Assembly: GCF_006345805.1 (NCBI RefSeq)
Contig: NC_043007.1
Span: 70,370,001 to 70,434,000, forward strand
Origin: Octopus sinensis
Lineage: Eukaryota
Direction of reading: 5' to 3'
DNA length: 64,000 nucleotides
Below, piece after piece: positions 59,488 through 64,000 of the stretch. Position 1 is the first letter of the stretch. Every line of letters begins with the position of its first letter. A program made the translations under genes and the position numbers. The notes under the pieces were generated by a model. The model was not told the origin of the DNA, searched no databases, and was given only the letters and a program-made list of their open reading frames with translations.

Positions 59488-59624
59488 ATATATATATATA
59501 TCTAAATACACACACACATATATATACGCACACACATATATATAAGTATGGATATGGCACCTGACTGTACTCTGCAGCAGAAGTGATAAGACCGATCCTT
59601 CTGGTGGTATAAAGCACTTGTGCG

Positions 59625-59790
59625 TTGCTACATAAATGCACCCAGCACACTCTGTAAAGTGGTTGGCATTAGGAAGGGCATCCAGCCATAAAAACTATGC
59701 CAAATCAGACTGGTGACTGGTGCAGCCCCCCCCCCCCCCCACCACACACAGCTCTGGTCACACTGTCCAACCCATGCCAGAAATGATGAA
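59625..59790 (+). mobile_element. RTE 3' UTR terminal fragment
   Basis: GTGGTTGGCATTAGGAAGGGCATCCAGC...CCAACCCATGCCAG. Confidence 0.7.
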
Positions 59791-60746
59791 TATATATTTA
59801 TATATCTATAGGAATGGGTATGGTAAAAAAGTTAGCTTTCCAGCCATATGATTTGGGGTTGAATTTTGAGCCAAATCTTGGGCAAGTTTCTCTATTATGG
59901 CTCTGGGCTGATCAATCCCTTGACAGTGAATTTGGCTGATGGAAACTGTAGAAAGCCCATTATAGTATATGTGTGTGAGTGCACATGTAAATGATACTCT
60001 CTGGTCACCATAGGAATGAAATACTCAATGTCTATATTCATTGTTGACATTAGAATCAGTCTCTTCTCGGTTTGTGAAGACCTGAGGAATAAAAATATAT
60101 CCCTTACTTGAAAAACAGGTGAGCATTGGCACCAGGAAGATCATCTAGCCATAAAATTCTGCCCCAAAATGAATTCCTGTCCAAGCCTGGCTAGCATGGA
60201 AAAATGGATGTTATGTATGTATATATATATACGTTATTATTATTATTTTGCAATTTACGTAATCATCGGTATATTATTTTTAATATTTCTATTATATGTA
60301 ATTTTCTAGATGGTGTAATTTAATTGTGCATTTTGAATTGATAAAAGGTGTTTTTTTTCTAATTTTTATATATATATATATCGTGTGTGTGTGTGTGTAA
60401 ATATATATATATATATGTGTGTATATGTAGCAGGAGTTATCTCCCAGTTGCATTAAATATTGGGTGCAAAAAGCACCTTAAAAAAAAAACTAGCTGGAGG
60501 AGATATCTTCCTGGGGTTAAATGGTAGTATCACCATCTCTTAGAGGACAGCCACATTAAAGTGACCGCGGCCTTCAGGCTAAAACATTTTTAAGGATTTA
60601 TAAGCAATACTTTTTGGTTTGTATATTGCTTCTATCTTGAACAGAGGTTTTCAAATAGACTAGTTTCCTAGTTACAAAATCAATGATTGTATAACACTGT
60701 ATTTTCTATATATTGCGATGTAAACTGCTATGCTTGACATTGAGTA

Positions 60747-60796
60747 CCTACCACTGAAGAGAGCCAATCGATTGAAACCACCATGTGGTCTGGTGG
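60747..60796 (+). ncRNA. Type I hammerhead ribozyme motif, copy 1
   Basis: CCTACCA-CTGAAGA-GAGCCAATCGATT-GAAA-CCACCATGTGGTC-TGGTGG; GUC cleavage after 60790. Confidence 0.72.
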
Positions 60797-60938
60797 TCTT
60801 GAAGCAAGGTCGGCAGGAGTTATCTCCCGTTAGCAACAAATATCGGGTGGGAGAAGTACACTGAATAAACCAGCTGGAGATGTTTTATGGGAGTTAAATG
60901 GTAGTACCGCCATAGTAAATAGGGGAGGTGGTGGAGTA

Positions 60939-60985
60939 CCTACCACTGAGGAGATCCAATAGATTGAAACCATGTGGTCTGGTGG
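60939..60985 (+). ncRNA. Type I hammerhead ribozyme motif, copy 2
   Basis: CCTACCA-CTGAGGA-GATCCAATAGATT-GAAA-CCATGTGGTC-TGGTGG. Stem I is CTACCA/TGGTGG, stem II is GATC/GATT, stem III is ACCA/TGGT; GUC cleavage after 60979. Confidence 0.78.
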
Positions 60986-61419
60986 TCTTGAAGCCAGGGC
61001 AGCAGGAGTTATCCCCTGTTTGCAATAAATATTGGGTGCGAGAAATACACTGAATAAACCAGCTGGAGATGTTTTATGGGGGTTCAATGGTAGTAACGTC
61101 ATAGTAAATAGGGGAGGTGGTGGTGAGTGAAATGCAGAGCTTTTGCCCATCTGTAATGCTTTCACATGATTAGTTGATGGGAAAAGTGAAGAGCAAAAGA
61201 AAAAGGAGAGAAAAAGAGAGTAAGGTAAAAAGGGAGAGTCTATAAATTTGTGCATAAAGTATATATAAGTGTATATATGAAGTGCATTAAGTAGTCATTG
61301 TGTTCCAACTTACTTCACTTTTCAATGAATAGAAATGAGCAACTATCTTCCAATACAGTCAAAACAGAGGCTGCGCTTTCAGGCTTTTTGGATAGTTTTC
61401 AGAAATAACCCATAAGATT

Positions 61420-61530
61420 ACCTATTTCTTCACTACCCACAGTGGGGACAAACAAGGATAGACACAGAGATTAAGTCGATTATATCGACCCCAGTGCATA
61501 ACTGGTACTTATGTAATCGACCCTGAAAGG
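61420..61530 (-). mobile_element. SINE family B 3' fragment
   Basis: CCTATTTCTTCACTACCCAC...GATTAAGTCGATTATATCGACCCCAGTG. Confidence 0.75.
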
Positions 61531-63690
61531 ATAAATTTAAACCAGGCCTAAGTCAGCTGTAAAAGTGATATTCCTCAATGCTAAAAGCAATATTATGAAT
61601 TAGCTTAATATTAAGCATTTAAATGACAAAATATTTTAAATGGTATTACAAAATAATTCTTTCTTTGATTTAGCACAATACAAATTTTGTCAGAAGGCAA
61701 AGTATATATAGGAGTCCATCCTATTATAATATAGAGGTGTCTGTTCCAATATAGAAACAGAAAATACAAAAGTAACATAAAAATAAACAAGCAAATAAAA
61801 AAAACTTTATTTAAACAAAGAAGTTAAAATATTTTATTCATATTCAGTTTATTTTATTTATTCAAATATTTTTTGCACTGAATTCAGAAGCAATGCAATG
61901 AAATAGTTCCTCTTAGATATTACTGGTGATCCATGAGGAAAGCAATGAAATTTCGGATTAAAATTTGAAAATCTTTGGCCTAACAGACAAAAATGAATGC
62001 AGTAAATTATTCTTCCAACTCCATTCAAGTTTATCTCAAGAGAAACAGAAATAATTTGAGTTACCAACAACAAAGGCAGAACTGCACAACTAGTTTTTAT
62101 TTTCTTCTCTTAAAATGCACCTATTGTTTATAGCCTTCAAAATTTGGTTAAAAAAAAAAAAAAAAAAAAAAAATCAAACTCAATTTGAAGCCCCAGAGTT
62201 TTTAAGAAATTGTTGTTTCCAGAAAGTTTTCACAACAGTTTGAATTCCTAAACAATAATTTGGAGTAAAAATGAAATAAAACTAATTCAAAGATATGACA
62301 TATTGATTTCTTGTCAATGAGGAATTAATGCAACTCAATAAACCCCAGTATATAACAGGTACCTGTTTTATTGCCCCATGCCTTCGACTCAAAGTGATGA
62401 CAAGCAAAGTCAACCCGAGTGGAATTTAAACTATATTGGGCTAACACTAAATATGGCAAAGAATTAGTCCGGTGGACACCATTCCAGATGAGAGTACATC
62501 TAAACTGTAAGAGAGAATTTCTCCTTTACTTCAAATCTCACTTCAAAATTACAAGATTCCTAAAAGGAAATAAATTCTACTTTAGAAGATCTCAAGCCTG
62601 TATTTCCAAACAAACCATTCTATGAAGGAAGTGGGAAAGGGGCAGATGATTTACATAATTCTACTGATTGAGAGGCAAATAGTTTAGTTAAAACAAAACA
62701 AAACAAACAGTATGTCTTCTGTTTTTAAATATTACACAAAATTCTTAACACAAAAGTATTAATGCAGAACAAGTTGTAATAATTGTGGTTAACGCAAACA
62801 ATAGACAACATCAACTATAAAAAGTCTGAAAAGTTCCATTAAACTAAACATACTTGTGGATTGTTGCAGATTTTATTTTGGAGTTTTATGCAAGCAATTT
62901 TATAGTACAAAGTAACAACACCAGTCTTGTCTTCACATGATTTATATTGAAATAATTATAAAGATTTTAAGTGAGGAAGGCACATATTTAGAAAATGAGT
63001 TGGATTGTTTTACCTACAATAAGTCTTGAATAAGTTTATCATATTTCATATGGCGAACGAATTAAATAAGGAATTGATTTGACATACAACAATACCAGGC
63101 CGGTGGGCCGTGAAGAGTATGGTATTGCTGTTGACAAGCTAGTAAGATGTAATAACAGCCATAGGTATATAGTATCATTAATACCTTCACCACCAACAAA
63201 CTTTCAACAAGGAAATTTAACAAGAGAGATATTCAACTGTTATTTCAATGTGTCAAATATATGTATAACATTTAAACATTTTATGTAAATAAACAAGTCC
63301 CTGAAATTAACATCTAACAGTAGATCTAACAGAATAACAAGCAACATTTTGCTTCATTCTCTACACAAACACAGAAGTCAACATTCTTGGCTTAAGCAGA
63401 AATTCAGTGTTTGTCTTTTTTTTGTTTTGTTCTGTTACAACAATAAAATATTAATTTAGATAAGTCAAGATAATTATTCCAAATATGTACATATCTTCAT
63501 CGTTAAAATTGTAATTAATTTAAATATTATTCCTTATAAAAGATAGACTTATTGCGTAGTTTGTCATTAAACCCAAACAAATATTTATTATTTATTAAAT
63601 CTGTAATTTTAACCTCTTTCACAAAGTTAATATATTCTCTTAAGTCTAAAGAAAAATTTCAAATTTATTGAGAAAATATCAAGAAGACTT

Positions 63691-64000
63691 TTAAATAAGT
63701 GAATTTTTTTTATTTTTTTCAGCATTGTATCTCTTAATCAAGAAACATGTTGATTTGCTTTCAAACAATTTACCAAATACAATTAATTGTTTAACTAATC
63801 TACAAATTCGTATATCTGTGCCAGTATTGCTATCATTGTGGTTGCTGTTATTATCCTGAAATAATTGCAATGAGTTTTCCACCAGGAGGTTTTTTGGTAT
63901 TGGTAACTCATTGTGTCGACATTGCCAGTAGTTCAAAGGCACCAGTAACATTTTTTCAAATGAATCAATGAATTGTTGAAATAGAAAGTTAAAATTCTTG
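63691..64000 (-). CDS. Possible coding exon of a neighbouring gene entering from the window edge (product unknown)
   Basis: Non-repetitive frame open from 63999 to a stop at 63691, with a possible donor TTG|GTAAAT at 63774. No recognisable motif. Confidence 0.25.
   Translation of the reverse strand, partial: KNFNFLFQQFIDSFEKMLLVPLNYWQCRHNELPIPKNLLVENSLQLFQDNNSNHNDSNTGTDIRICRLVKQLIVFGKLFESKSTCFLIKRYNAEKNKKNSLI

Larger units (their letters stand above)
60742..61126 (+). repeat. Head-to-tail array of 189-bp monomers containing hammerhead ribozymes (retrozyme-like); degenerate partial monomer at 60430-60535
   Basis: GCAGGAGTTATC at 60430, 60813 and 61002; predicted cleavage sites at 60790 and 60979 are 189 nt apart. 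Confidence 0.8.

Overview
AT-rich, repeat-dense eukaryotic genomic DNA, most likely from an octopus (cephalopod). That assignment is inferred from the SINE families, RTE/CR1/Penelope remnants and TA/TACA microsatellites, not from a database search. There are no prokaryotic features, CRISPR arrays or rRNA. The one well-supported host gene is a 5-exon IkappaB (NFKBIA/cactus-like) gene on the minus strand (CDS 35381..31015, about 351 aa). It has six ankyrin repeats, an N-terminal KK...DSAYYS degron and a C-terminal acidic PEST tail. Around it are a TATA/kB-like/CCAAT promoter, an intronic kB+CRE+CCAAT cluster, a candidate frameshifting cassette exon and a candidate Roquin CDE stem-loop in the 3' UTR. 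The rest is a mosaic of decayed mobile elements: Penelope-like elements (RT + GIY-YIG), CR1 and RTE LINEs, an internally deleted Tx1/L1 inserted with an 18-bp TSD into a CR1, DD37D and DD34D Tc1/mariner remnants, a Helitron, a solo LTR, palindromic MITEs carrying TTAGGG tracts, and many tRNA/CORE-type SINEs. The most striking unannotated structure is a head-to-tail array of 189-bp monomers at about 60742-61126 containing two minimal type I hammerhead ribozyme motifs, which resembles a metazoan retrozyme/circRNA unit. Further hammerhead motifs lie at Penelope-type ends (6529-6566, 9633-9669). Most ORFs in the supplied track are microsatellite or low-complexity artefacts.
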